Part shown: piece by piece, positions 12,901 to 27,900 of the stretch | How positions within the stretch are numbered: the first letter of the stretch is position 1 | Layout of the letters: each line of letters starts with the position of its first letter | NCBI GenBank assembly: GCA_030324005.1 | Contig: JARDVH010000097.1 | Location: 14,705,724-14,769,723, forward strand | From: Negaprion brevirostris | Lineage: Eukaryota | Direction: 5' to 3' | DNA length: 64,000 bases | Position numbers and translations under genes: made by a program | The notes under the pieces: generated by a model | Database searches by the model: none | What the model saw: only the letters and a program-made list of their open reading frames with translations | Told to the model about the DNA's origin: nothing

Positions 12901-15900
12901 GAAAAAAAAATAAAGGATTGGACCAGAATCTGAAGCATCTTTTAATTTGATTCTCCAACCTGTGTTTCTCCTCAAATTAGGGGGATTACATTTGAGTCAA
13001 AGTGGCCCCAGGACTTTCAGCACAGTATAAGTAATTTAGTGATTCAAATCATTAATGTTAATTCTGACTTTCCAAGTTTAGGTGACTAAAGTAGTGTTTG
13101 TGTGAGGATCAAATCCCAACAGATATGTCAGAAAAACCAAGGTAAAGGGGGCCTTTGCAATTCCTTTTGCCAATACCGCACTGAACTGGATGGAAATGCT
13201 TCATTTCATTGCTCTGAACAGGGTCAAGAGCGACACTATGAAATTTAAAAAACCTCGCCGATAGATTTTCCTTGCAAACTGATTATCTGACAATATAAGA
13301 TGTTGCAGTCACTTAACCAAAGCAAAAATCATCATAGGACTTTTGTCCATTTCTCTCCTTCTACCTTGAATTCTTGGCAGAAAAGGCTACACTCTACTGG
13401 TACTTCTTAGAATTTACTCTAGCCGCTTTCATATTACTTTTGATAAGCAGACCTTGCACGCCAACAACACCAGCGAGCTAAAATCAAAATTATACTTGAA
13501 ATTAATTACAAAAGGCCAAGTCTTTCTAACTGACTGCAGCTTTCCTGAGATTGATAATTCCAGCCCACCATTATCTCTAACAGTGTAAAGATACCAGAGT
13601 TGCTGAAGTGTATATAAAAAAAAAGTGTGGCCATAGCATTTATCAATGGCTTTGACCTGTTTACACAATGGTGATGAACAGAGGTGTCTCCCACAACTCG
13701 TCATTCAGACTTTTAGTCTTTCTTTTCTATAGGAATGGTCTGAATGCAGGTCAAGGTTGTTGGAGCAAAGAAAATTTTGTCATGGCTTGCAATCAGAGGA
13801 GTTTCCAACATAAAATAAAATGGATCATTTCCACAAAAATTATTACAATAAGTCTGTGGAGCACCTAGGATCTTGCATATACATTACTCAAGAAGAAATA
13901 GGATCAATTAAAAGTGGTTCTTCTTCCAGAAACAGCAGACCAAGTTGCTAGCTTATTCAATGGGCCTCATTTAATATTTGATTTCAGGGACATGGAGGGT
14001 TTCCTGGCTGCGGTGATGGAGGAAGCAAACACTAAGTTAGGTCAATGTGCTATACTGGATTAGTTTTGATTGCCTGGAGAGATTTCCACCAACAATTAAT
14101 TCTGGTTTCCAATCCAGTCTTTCACAAGTGTACTGGTCATACTGGTCACCTGGGTGCTTGGCACAGGGGGCAGGGGTGGAAAAGAGAAAGCGGGGCCAAA
14201 AAAGAAAGAGAGTGTGGGGGGGGGGGGGGGGGGGGCGGNNNNNNNNNNNNNNNNNNNNNNNNNNNNNNNNNNNNNNNNNNNNNNNNNNNNNNNNNNNNNN
14301 NNNNNNNNNNNNNNNNNNNNNNNNNNNNNNNNNNNNNNNNNNNNNNNNNNNNNNNNNNNNNNNNNNNNNNNAATTCAAGTGCTTTACATGAATTGTCTCA
14401 GCCAGCCTTGCACATTTGTCACATACAGGGAGACTGATTCCACAGCAATGGAAGGAAACTACAATTTTATCTATATACAAATAAACAAAAAGGGACTACC
14501 TGCATTTTCACAAATGAGTATTTGCCTGTGAAAGTGGAAGATTATCCTGTTACACACATTCATAAAGAAACAGATCCACAATGTTAGGATTAAATATTGC
14601 AACGCTGATCAGTGTGCGTAAAGGAATGACCAAGAGCAAATCAGAAGGCAGGGATTTCAACAGATTGATTTCAGAAAATAGATGCCAACTAAATACCTTT
14701 TGGGTTTCTATGTGTTTTTCTAAAATTTCTCGCTTCTTTTTCCTTACGTCTTGCTGAAGTCGAAGCGTATCCTGAAAAATCATACAATAGGCTTAAAACA
14801 ATGACCAATAGAACATAACCAAAAGGAAAGCAAAAGACCAAAGTGTAGGGAAAGAAAAAAACGTTTGCAAGCATTTTATCTAAAGGTTTGCTTCAACTCT
14901 AAGTTACTAGACAATATAGAAGCCCTCAGGTTTTAGGTTAGGCTGCTACTGAACATTATAAAACTAAAGTCATCTTCAGGAAAAATGCCCAGCTGTTTGA
15001 GCTAGCAGTGTGCCTCCAGAATGCAGGTCCATAGCCAAGTGTGTTATTTCTCAGTTGGTTTCCTAGCCAAAGGAAACTAGTGTTCTTTTTGAGCCACTGG
15101 AATGAGATTTGGATGATACTTTACTCCACCAATCCAATCAACCTGTGTATATTTAATTCTAACAGAAAATGCTGGGAAGCCTCAGCAGGTCTGACGACAT
15201 TTGTGGAGGGAAAATGGAGCTAACATTTCGAGTTGGCTCTATTCTTTCTCCACAGATGCTCTCACACCTGCTGAGATTTCCCAGCATTTCCTGATTCTGT
15301 TAGCAATGCCAGCATCCACAGTACTTTGCCTTTACATTTAATTCTAAATTGGTGAAAGCCAAAAAGAAAACAAACCAAATGAAGTTACAATTTTATTTAG
15401 ATAAATTATACAATCGGGATTGCTCAGTGAACATTTAGGGAAAGGATACCATACTTTATGGTGCACAAGTCAACCTGACATACAAGATGATATCATTTTT
15501 CCAGTACCAAAGATCAAGCTTACACACATACTCAGCACACAAGTCAAATCTCCTTGTCAACTACGAAAGGCTGCACTCAAATCAGCAGACAGCCTCAAAT
15601 CACCCCAGAAATGCACGTTTTACTTGTACTGTAGGTCAGTGCATGGGATCAAGTAGACAATAAGGGCTGTATTGCAAAGAACATGCACATGAGTTTAAGA
15701 CACACTCACATAGATCATGCGTGCATGGCGAGTGAACAGANNNNNNNNNNNNNNNNNNNNNNNNNNNNNNNNNNNNNNNNNNNNNNNNNNNNNNNNNNNN
15801 NNNNNNNNNNNNNNNNNNNATCAAATAATTGTCCAGCAGCAAGGGAATTTGGTGCTACTGAGAAAAACAGGAGCGACAATGGAACAAGGAGGAATTCTTC

Positions 15901-18900
15901 CTGAAGATGATATCAACCAAATGCGACACGAGAACGTGGACTAGCCACTGGTCTAGTTTTGAGATGTACGTATCAGAACAGATTCTCAAAACTTGTTAAA
16001 ATGGTTACAATTACCAGACAGCTTTTTACTCACTTAAGTGGACTAAATCAAACCAAGTCCAAAAATTATACCAGCTAGTTGGTATGGTCACTCTATGGAA
16101 AGAAACTGCCTAGTGTTCCGGCAGAAGACCAAGATTGTTCAGAGACTACCAAAAGACCTTGTTGTAAAAGCTTTCACATCAGACAGCAGCAAAAAAAAAG
16201 TATCCATTAAGTCAAATGGCAACATGGACAAAAGGCCCATGAATTTCAAAATGTTTTATGAGCAAACTGAGGAATGAAAGTTCTAATGAAAATGACATAA
16301 CAGAAGCAAACAAGATTCACAGCCATGGTAATTTTCAAATATAAAGCCATGCTGAAAATTAAGTTCCCTGAAGGACGTTTTGTGCATGTCCTTAACATGT
16401 TGGACATGAACCACGTTGGATGAATGAGCATGGAGTGGAGTTGTGGAGTAATGTGTGGAATAGGCATACTGGTGGTCTACATAAAGAATGCAGCTTATTA
16501 ATGTGGGACATATTCAGATCCAATATAAGCCATGAGAACAAGAGGTGCCTACAAAGAAATAACACCCAAAACGCAGTTATGCAGGGGGTCTAATTTCTAT
16601 CTTTGGACATGTCCCTCAACAAGCAATTCAAGGATCATGTTCAGGCCAAATTGAACATTGAATGCTTGTTGAGGATGAAAGTTTCGTTGATCAGAAATGT
16701 ACACACTGTCCTGCTAACTATTTTGTGTGGTTTCATTATTAAATTGTGAGATGTTGTTAGTACATCAAGTCATCAGATTGTTCAAAAAAATTGGAATATC
16801 AATGGGTGGAGAGGATGATGATATTCTGGAGGGTTGATTCAGAAGCCATATGACCCAAAGTGGGACCCTTGCAATGAGGCCATAGCCAAGTGATATGAAA
16901 AAAATTGATGAATGGTTTGCACTGGATGGTGAGGTCAATGAGTTTGATATTTTTAAATGCTTCTTTATTGGTTAAAAGGTATCTTTCCATGAATCATCAT
17001 TTTTAAAATCACATTTCAAAACAGCGACCATTCACATTTTACTTACAGCATGAGNNNNNNNNNNTCAATTTGAGACAGAAATTTCGGAGTCTTCAAAGAT
17101 CAGCCAATATGCCATGACCTATGCTATTTAACCTGTTACTATGCAACCGGTTCATCAACTAAAGAATGGAACAATTGCATTAAACAGGAGTCAGATCTAA
17201 AAATGAAAGTGAATGAATTTTGATTTAATATCTAAATGTTGCAGATTTTTTTTAGAAGAATTTAAAACTATGATTCGGTGGCCACTTTACAAAGTCCAAA
17301 TTCTTTACTGTTGTGGATACATATGAATTTCCCACCGAGACACTCATCTGTCATGTTCAAATGAACATGCTCAACAGTATGTACATATATTACAAAGCAT
17401 ACAACTTGCTTAAACCCAACAAACCTGTTTTTTTTTGGGCGTCTCTGTGGAATCTGATGAAACAGTACCTAATGTTTTTTGTGCTGCCTTTAGGGCAGCA
17501 GGATTGTAGACGGTTTTTGTAAGGCCCGTTGTAGTTGATAACACCTGCAGCACAAATACAGTTTTATTTTCCACCATAAAAAGAAATAAGGTGAAGAAAA
17601 ATAAAACATTTTTACAAGTACAGCAATTTATTGCAACCAGGGTCACATAAAATGTCAGACTAAAGACACATAACTTTGGTGTGTTAACTTTTAAGACAAA
17701 ATATTTCAAGTGATATTTGTAACCATGCAGCATTTCCACGTCAGTTAAAATTGCCAGTGGACATCAACTTTGTTTTTGGGAGACACAAAGAACAAGAATG
17801 AACCTCCAGTGGGAATTCTGTCAGTCAGAGTGTAATGGGACCCAATCATGCACTGCATTGGCTTTGAGTGACACAAATATGTTTGTTATTACTGTCAAGT
17901 GAACTCTTACCTTTTCAGTAGGAGCAGGTTCCAAGCGTTTAGTCACAAAGCCAAGTCGATCTCTAACCGACAGCTTATTTGCATTCTGACAGGTAAAGGA
18001 AACAACACATTACAAACTATATCTGGCTCACTTGTCAACAGAGACTTTTAAGCTCAGTTTACAGTCTGATTCTTTCATGCAGAGGAATCATATCTAGGGA
18101 CAGCTCCCTTTAGAAAACCTAGTTCCTCTTGGGTTCCCATGAAAGCTCAAAATGGTTCAGGACGAGGCTGAAATACGATTTTCCTCCCTTCCAAGACTTA
18201 GATTTTTGAGCAGGGTATTGAACGATGCTCAGCATCCTATTTATTTTCTGATGGGATATGGGTGGCACTGGCTACACCAGCATGTGTTGTCCATTCTTAA
18301 TTGCCCTTCAGCTGTTGAGCAGTGTTCTTGAACTGTTGCTATCTATGTGGTGCCAAGGGCTGTTTCAAAGGGATTTCCAGGATTTTGACTCAGCAAAAGT
18401 GAAGACTGTGATACAACTCCAAGTGAGGATGGTGTGTGGGCTTAAAAGGGAACTTGCAAGTAGTGTTGCTCCGATGCATCTGTGCCCATGTACTTCCAGG
18501 TTGCAGATTTGGAAGGGGCTATCGCTGAAGACTTGGCAAGATGATCTAGTACACTTTGCAGATAGCACACACTGCCGCCACTGTGCATCCACAGTCACGG
18601 GAATGAGTGTTTATAGATGGTGTGCCAATCAAGAGGGCTGCTTTGCCCTGGATGATGTCAAGCTCCTCGAATGCTGCTGGAGCTGAACACATTCAGGCAA
18701 GTGGGGAGTATTCCGTTGTACTCCTAGCATGTGCTCTGTTGATGGCAGAGAGGCTTTGGGGCATTGGGAGATGAGTTACTCACTGTAGAATTGCCAGATT
18801 CTGACCACTCTTGTAGGCACAATATTTATACAATTGATTTTGTTCAGTTTTTGGATACGCACCACAGGAAGGAAAGAGCGGGTCAAGAAATAATGGCAGA

Positions 18901-21900
18901 GGAAATGAGCAAAACTTGCATCAGACTCAAGAAGTGTCAACCTAAACTCCCATCACAGATGCTGCCTGACCTGCTGACTACTTCCAGCACTTTGTTTTTA
19001 TTTCAGATTTCAAGGATGTGGTATTTTACCTTTGTATTACCAACTAGCTCTATCTGAACTGTACATACCTGAATGCTGGCTATAGGAATGACCTGAGTTT
19101 GTGCGGGTTCCACATTTCCTTGTGGTAGGGGCCCCAATCGGTCCTTCACAGATTGTTTGACAGCTGTGAAAGAGGGTGGTGTAACTGGCTGCTGCAGTCC
19201 ACAAATCACCTTAAAAAAAGTGAAAATAAATAACAGCCAAGGAAATAGAAGATCATAATGCATACTNNNNNNNNNNNNNNNNNNNNCACACTTCAAATTT
19301 AATTATAACGGTACCTTAATGATTGGACTACGTAGACTATTTGTTGTTATACCAGGGGGAAAAAAGCTGACATTTAATCATTGGAAAAGGCACTTAGAAG
19401 GTATGAAGTTTATTAATGAACGTTAAGCCAGATCATCAGGTTGACATCCAATAACTGTAGCTATGCAGTTGGGCACAAACACATCTGGCCTCCTAGTATA
19501 TTCTATTATTTTATGATTCTAAGGAGGCACTAAAGTGTTTAAAAAGCTTAAATAAAAATGTGAAACACAGGAAACATTCAGCAGATCTAGCAAGATACGT
19601 GGTGAGAGAAACAGTGTTAATATTTCAGGCTATGACCTGCTGAGTATTTCTAACACTTTCCAGCATTTGTTGTTTGTGATTAAAAATCTCTCTTCTAGTA
19701 ATTCTTCCGAGAAATCACTCTTTTTGGACTTACTAAGTTAAAAGACCTCACAAATGAAGCAAACAGGGCCACAAACGATATTTATACATTACCTTCATTG
19801 TAATAAATTGTCCCAAAGCGCTTCACCGGAGCATCATAAAACAAGGTATGACACCAAGCTACATAAGGTTAATGACCAAAATGTTTTAAAGGAGGCAAGC
19901 AAGTAGAGATGTAAAGAGGAAAGCCTGGGGCCTGGATGAGTGAAACATGGCCGATGGTTGAGGAATTATATTGGGAATGCATAAGAAGCCAGGATTTGAG
20001 AAACAAATGATATCTCGGGGGTCATGGGATCAACTAAGCCAAATAATATAGGTCCAACTCATGTGAACAATGTTGCCATTTCATACAAGGAGAAATAACC
20101 AACTATTATCTTCCTGGGATGAATTTTCATAGCTTTGTTATCATGATTTCATCACATTGCGAAGGATAAATCCTATGGGGCANNNNNNNNNNNNNNNNNN
20201 NNNNNNNNNNNNNNNNNNNNNNNNNNNNNNNNNNNNNNNNNNNTACTCACAAAATTTGACAATGAGCTCTCTATGAATAGGAAAAACGAATCGGATAAAT
20301 ACAGACATAGTTGGATTGAGTTGCCTGGATTTGAAGGATACAGGTTTGACAACTGATGTACAAGGCTGAATACAAGCAATGTTGTCTTATTCTTCCAAGA
20401 TTTAGGGATCACTTTCTATGGAACAATTTAAGTTTGCAGCACAAGAGGCAACCATTTGGCTAGTCTTTTCAGGAGAAATCCAAATCTCATTCCATTACTT
20501 TTCTATCTTTATAACAGTGTTACACATCTGGCTACTGGGTCACAACCTGCTAGGCGTCCATACTTCTGCTACAAAGACACCTGCAAGCGAAGTATGAAGA
20601 TGGCGGACACTGACACAGACAATTGGGACGCAGTTACCAAAGCCAATGGAAGCGGCTTGTTCAGAGGGGGAAGCTGGAAGAGGCATGGAGAAACAGAAAG
20701 GTCAGCTGTGATAAGAGGGTACCGTCATGGTCCAATGCTTTCATTTGCAGCAAATGTGACAGAGGTTGTCACGCCAGAGTTGGGCTCCTGAATCACTGCA
20801 GGTGACGTTTAACACAGTTGACCATCAGAGTGCCAACTATTACAAGATGGAAGGCTGCTACAACTAAAAAAATGCTCATCACGAAAGGTAATCAAGGTCA
20901 GTATCGTGTATATGGCAATCCACTGGGCATGCTACAAACATTTAAACTCCAAATTTAATTTAATATTATATTATCATATTAAATCCTAACAATTGTACTG
21001 CCTCACTCGCAACAACCAAACTAAACCACACATAGCAAAACGTAGTTACCTTTTGATTTGCAGTCTTTTGCTGAGAATTACTTTCTCTATGCCAGTATAC
21101 TTTGATGAATCGATTATTAAGAACTGCTTCTGTACTTGAGATTGCTCTCTTTGCTTCTTCATGCACAGCAAACTGAATTAGGGCACCCTCTAGATCACCT
21201 TGGTAAGCAACCTTGGAAAAAGTCAATCAATAATTTAAAATGAGATTTAATTTCCACATATATCACAATACAGCGATCAGAAGTCACAGGTTTTCTCTCA
21301 TTCAAAAATCAGCAGATGCTTGCATAATCAAGCAGGTAGCTAGACTACCTGGGCACATCAATCGATAAAGATTTCTTTCCCTCTTCTGGCTATAACTCCA
21401 TATGTGCTCCCCTGTTGTCCTAGCATTGCAGCGATGAAATCAAGAATCACAACTAGTAGAGAAGGACTGTCTATGCTTTCCCCCACTTCAAAAGCAGTCT
21501 ACAAGAGAGAGGAGGGGGACAAGGGAAATGAGAAGCAAAAAGTTTTCAAAACATAGTTGACATTAAACCTTAGGCATATTTACAAATTCAAATGGATATT
21601 GAAGATCAAAAGGAGTTCAAAAGGTAGGCTATCTACTGTCCTTGCCAACATTCTTCCCATCGATACTACCGAAACTTGATTCATTAGTCACACATTTCAT
21701 TACTGCTTATGGAATTCCACTATGCCGTGTCTACAAACTAACTCTTGGATTTAAAAATAATTCTTACTGGTTGTGACAATATTTATTACAAATCTTCTCT
21801 TTTTAAGATGGATATGATTGCATTGCTCCCACAGTCATAAACTTTAGTGAATATCATTAGTGCTGATTTTGAAATTGGTTTTAAACTACTGTTGACATAA

Positions 21901-24900
21901 AACAAAAGTTGAATCAGTTTGTGAGATGTTCCTGCATTTGGCAATGGGGCAAAAGTTTTCATTAACTCAAGTTAATACTGGATTAAAAATATCAGACAAA
22001 TTAATATCAAACATATTAAACACTAGTTAGCTTGCAGAAACAATGCATAGCTTAATATTGCCTCAGGGTGCTCTGGTTCTTCCCATTGTCTGAAGCGTGC
22101 AGGTTAGGTGGATCGGTTTTGTTAACTTGTCCCAAATGTATTAGCCACGGTAAATGTGTGGGCTTACAGGTATAGGGTGGTGGAGGGGGCCTGGGTAAGA
22201 TACTCTGTAGAGAGAGTTGGTGCAGACTCGGTGGGCGGAATGGTCTCTTTTGCATTTTAGGGATTCTATTCTTTTCTAATTCGTTGAATGCTACATGCTG
22301 TATTATATTTTGCCACATGGAGGAGACTGCTTTCAGTGACAACAAGGTTACAGTGGCACCTGCTGGCAGACAGAATAGCTCGGACAATACAAGTGACTAA
22401 ATGACTAATTCTGGAAAAATATTTACAAATTAAAGACAAAAGAAAATTATGTCAAGTTAACAAAGGTTAGAGTCCAGACAGGTTCCAAAGGTTAGGCAGT
22501 TATGAATGAGAGAAATACTGTTACGCTAAATATTCTGGACTTGAGATTCTGGAAAAGATGCATGTTTTTTTCTGCTGTGTGGAGTGTACAAATTATCTTG
22601 CATCAACCGTATTTTGTTCTCAAATAAAACATCAACTTTCAAAGTTTGCAGATAGTTATGCCGATGCAAACTGATCTCACAACACGCCCTTAACCAACAG
22701 TAAGTAGCACCCTGGAATGAGAACGATTGGGTGTAAAGCACAATCTTGTCGCAATTTCAAGCACACTACTTGCAACATTCAGTGAAGGGGTTAAAAAAAA
22801 AAACATATTTTAAGATTCCTATGTATTCCAAGAGCCTTAACGAACATTATGAAAACAAAATCAGAAGCTCACAACTCAAGCAGACTTTATTTCCACTTTA
22901 CACACATCAATTTAAATACTCTTTGGGAATTGGGATCACTTTTTACTTTCATAGAGAAATGACTTGCGAGTCCACACATGAAACTATTGTTAATTAAGGT
23001 ATGTTTTGAAACCTATTGTAAAACCTGGGGTAGGACCCAGTTATAAATTCAAGCATGACACAACTACGTGTATATCCCTTAAAAAAACCATTTGCCCATC
23101 GAGTCCGCACCAGATCACAGCATCTTACCCAGGCCCCTCCCCCACTCTATACCCGTAAGCCCACACTATCATGGCTAATCATCTAACATTTGTCATCATG
23201 ATGACTATTTTATTTATGATTAGTTTAAGCTGAATTCAAAACGATCCAAGAGCAAATCACGAGCTGGAATGGGTTGTCAGGAGAGCTGGTTAGGCCAAGA
23301 CACTAGATTTGTTAAAATAAAAACTCAGACTGTAATGCAAAATCATTGGATTTATAAAGTGAAAGAAAAGTGGAATGTCCCCAAGCATCTCCTTTATATA
23401 AACCGATCTTCATTCCTCATTGCAAAGTGTATTTAAATAATACAGTTCAAAATGATTTAACACTGAGATCACTGCCAAATGAAAACTCAACTCTAAAAAG
23501 TACAGAATGTTCGTAGAAAAACTTTTGTAGTTTTTCCATAAACTCAGATTTGACAGCTGTTGTACCAGGGTTGGGCGATTCATAAAGTGAATCATTAGTT
23601 AGCTTAGTCGTGGCAATGTACTACCCTTTATGAAGGGAGATAGCTAATCTAAGTAATCTTTAGGCCAGTTTGCTTAAATTCCAAACCTACCATAGAAATT
23701 ATGGATCATTATTTCCTTATATAATGAAATTACATCAGAGATAAAAAGAAAATAGAGATAGCCAGCACTAAATGGACAATAGTACTAGATGCACCTCAGC
23801 TTTGGGTAAAGCTGGCAAAATTGCATTGTAAATAGTGCAAATGGACTTCAGGAATGTCTCTGACAGATTACTACATGAGATTACCAGAAGGAAAAAACAG
23901 AAATAGAAGTGGAGAAAGATTGGCTAACTAAATTAAAAGTTGGTTAGAAGGGAGAAAACTTATGGGGAACTTTTATGTAATAACTGTTAGTGGATACTGA
24001 TCTGGCTCAATTCAGGTTTTCATATTCAAAGGAATAACCCCTAGGTTTAAGGGCTCATTTTGGGATTGGTTGTATGCCACTGGACACAACCAAACAGCAC
24101 TCAGTTATATAATTTGATGTTCGTTACACCATCTATAGATATAACAGAAAAAAACTTGCTAACTTTGCCATCATTCAAAGATCTTCCCCAAAGGCCAAGA
24201 CCGATAAACAAAACCCACAGATCAAAAAAGTCTCAATTTGGTAATTAAGGTAATTAAGCAGGTCAGCAGCTGACATGCTTCATTTGGATCAAGTACCCCT
24301 GAGCCTAAGAAGGGAACAATTAACCAGATTTTTCTCTGCCAGTGGTCTGTGACACCAAATGCACAGAGACACACTGGGTGAAAACAGGACTAGTCTTGGC
24401 TGTGAAGTCCTCTAGAATTGTTTTCTTCTCTCCCAAATTCCCACCTGCAAGTTCACGATTGTTCCAAATTTGCTGAAGTGTTCATTGAGCTTGCTGATGT
24501 TATTTAACTCCTGTGGAACCTTTCGAAGCTCAAGCTTGGTATTTTCAATCCCGTACTGTAATTTCTTTTGAAATCCTTGATTGTTTGCTTTGTTGAAATT
24601 TGACCTGTTGAAGTAAGCAGATCACGTTAATCTATATACTTATTAAAGAGTTAACCACATAAAACTACTGCCTCCATATTTCATACAAATTCTAAAGGAA
24701 GAAAACTGTCCATACGTTTGATAAGGCAACCATGGTTTTAGCAGTTCGGTAAACTGCTCATTTGGGTATCCAGATTCACTTGATTACCAGCATGGAATTA
24801 GTTCCCCAAAAGGTCAGATCTTTGTAGCATTCCTTTTATATAGAACCAGTGACTTTTTAAATTAATAAACAATTTTAGAAAAGCTGAAGGAAACGGATTC

Positions 24901-27900
24901 CACTGCTGACACACACTGAGGAATCACTCCAATAAAACCTTCAATTTGAGAACTGGTCTTGGCCCAAAAGAGACTGTAAAATTCCTCCAACTTGCAACTG
25001 TATTTTTCAGACTATCACATGAGCCTTTTAAAAACAAGAATGACGATTAGTCATCAATCATTCTGAAAAACGCATTGTGCCTGGGAAAGAACTAGAAACC
25101 ATGAAAATAAAAACCACCACAAAATTCAGTAACAAATGGTTTCAGACAACGACTGCTCCCAGTACAAATTCATGGCCTGGGTGTTTATAATGACCACATT
25201 TTTGAAACAATCATAAAATCCCTACAGTGCAGGTGGAGGTCATTCTACCCTTCGAGTCTGCACCAACTCCGAAAGAGTATTTTACATAGATCCCCACCCT
25301 ATCCCCATAATCCCATGTATTTATACCACTAATCCTCCAAACCAATACATCTTGGGACTCTAAGGGGCAATTTAGCATGGTCAATCCATTTACCCTGCAC
25401 ACCAATCTGGTGGTAAATGGACAATTGCAAGTTATGACAATTCTTCCAGTGAAATCCCACTGAAGTTAGAATGAATGACATACTGGCACAGTTCTACTCT
25501 TACAGTGCCAAGTTTTTTTGTTACTGAAACTGAGGACCACATGATGTAGAAATGAAAACTCAGAGCACGACTCCCAGTCCAAACAGTATTTATCAGAAAT
25601 CTCAAAACAAAAAAATGAAAGTCTTCCTACAAATTAGAATTTCTGAAACAGGGTCACCTAGCCACAGTTTCTTGATTTATCTCATCTTTCCCAACTCTTT
25701 ACTGCCAATTTTCTTTTCCATTTTGGTGCTGTACTGTACAATGGCACCATCTATTCCCTTTTACTTCTGGTAGACAGAAGTTATTTCTGCTGGTTGTTCA
25801 ACATGGGCACAATCTCACAGTAAGGTGCTGCTCAAACAGGACTGAAATGAGGAGAAATTTCCTTCGCTCAAAGTGTTTTGAATCTCTGGAACTCTCTAGC
25901 CTAGAGGATTGTAAATGCTTCATCATTGACTATATTTAAGTTAGGATGAGCAGAATTTTGGTTTCAGAATCAAGCGACATAGGGAGAAGACAGGAAAATG
26001 GAGTTGAAACCTAAGGTCAGCCATAATCATACTGAATGGCAGAACAGATTCAATGAACCATATGGTCTACTCCAGCTCCAAACTCATTTGGTACCTTTGC
26101 TTTTCTCCCTTCTCTTGAAGGCAGAAATACCCCTTGCTGGGGAACAATTTAATGGAAACTCACCACTCATGTGGGAGCTGGGAGAAATGACTGGCAGGAA
26201 GACAATCGAACTCGACAGACTTCAACGCAGTACCAGAACTAGCTTTTGTCTTGGTGTTAGCATTCCCACCAAGACAAAGGAGCAGGGTTCAACCTCTAAT
26301 CCATAAAGGATAGAGGACTGGTTGAGAAACAGAAAATAGATGGTAAGGATAAATGGGTTACTTTCAAGTTGGCAAGACGTAACAGGGGGCATACCAGAGA
26401 GATGAGTGCTGGGGCCTTGATTATTTACAAGTTACTGCGAAAATTCCCTTGTCACCACACTCCTGTTACGGTACACTCCAGGAGAATATAGCATGGCCAA
26501 AGCACCTAACCAGAACATCTTTTGGACTGCTGGAGGAAACCTGAGCACCCAGAGGAAACACACAGACACAGGGAGAGTGTGTGGACTTCGTGTAGACAGT
26601 GACCCAAGCCGGGAATTGAACGTGTGTCCTTGGCACTGTGAGGTAGCAGTGCTAACCACACTGCCACTATAATCTACATCAATTACTTGGACAAAAAAAT
26701 GTATGGTAGCTAAACTTGCCAATGACACCAAGATAAGCATGAAAATAAGTTGGCAAGAGGAGATAAGGAGTTTACAGTGGAACATACATATATTAAACGA
26801 GGAGGCAAAAATTTGGTAGATGGAGTGTAATGTGGGAAAATGTGAGTTTGTCCACTTTGGCAGGAAGGTAGAAACCAGATTATTATTTAAATAGATTTCA
26901 CAAGTCTATGGTATAATTTACCAGGGCACCTGGATTCCTCTAATCACAAAATGTTATTATGTAGGTACAGCAAATGACCAGGAAGGTAAATGGAATGTTG
27001 GGTGCTTATTGCAAGGGGAGCAGAATATAAAATCTGGGGAGTTTTACTACATGTTGGCGAGACTACATCTGGAGCACGATGTATAGTTTTGGTCTCCTTA
27101 TTTGAAAAAGGATACAATTTTATGAGCAGAGAAGGTTCACTTGACTCATTCCTGGAACGACTAGCTCATCTTATGAAGTTACCCAGGTTGGGTCTATACT
27201 GACTGGAGTTTAGAAGAATAAGAGGGGATCTTATTGCAACACAAGATCCTGAAGAGACTTAACAGGGGATGGGGCTTTTCTTTTAAATTGGAGAAGAGGA
27301 GAATATCTCCTGCCTTAAGAGGATCCTTAATCTTTGGAATTATTTCTCCTAGAAAGCAGTAGGAGCTGGGTCATTGAATTTATTCAGGGCAGAGAGAGAA
27401 TTTTTGATAGACCAAGGAGTTGTGAAGGGCAGAGAGGAAGATCGAGTTGAGGTCACAAGATGAAGCATGATCTTATCAAATGGAAGAGCAAGCTCAAAGG
27501 GCTAAATAGCCTACTCCTGCTCCCAAATCCTATGTTTTTAGTACTGGTGAATGGAGAACGAGGTTCGAACAATGAGTCTATGTCCAATGGGATACTTAAC
27601 TAATGGGTGTTGATATGGGTACACTCTATCCTCCCAAGTTGTTGGAAAGCCTGTAATCTGGCCTATCAGCTGATTATAAAAAAAGGTTGCAACTATAAGA
27701 GGCGTTTTCTCAACCTATCAAATGATTAAACTGTCCACAAATCTTCCCATTCCTTCACACTATTCTCTATGGGATTTGAAAAAGCACCTGTAGTGCTCAA
27801 TCCAAATTTGCAGAGTTCAAGTGAAGGTCAATGGGCAGTGTACTATTCTGTGAACCTTAGCCAAGACTCCCCATCATACTTCAGGGTGTGTGAACCATAG

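Noticed and set aside
24716-24778. 63-nt stop-free phase-2 segment (ESGYPNEQFTELLKPWLPYQ) upstream of exon 11
   Set aside because: The acceptor lacks a pyrimidine tract, the donor is weak, and there is no similarity to the RBM26 I recall.
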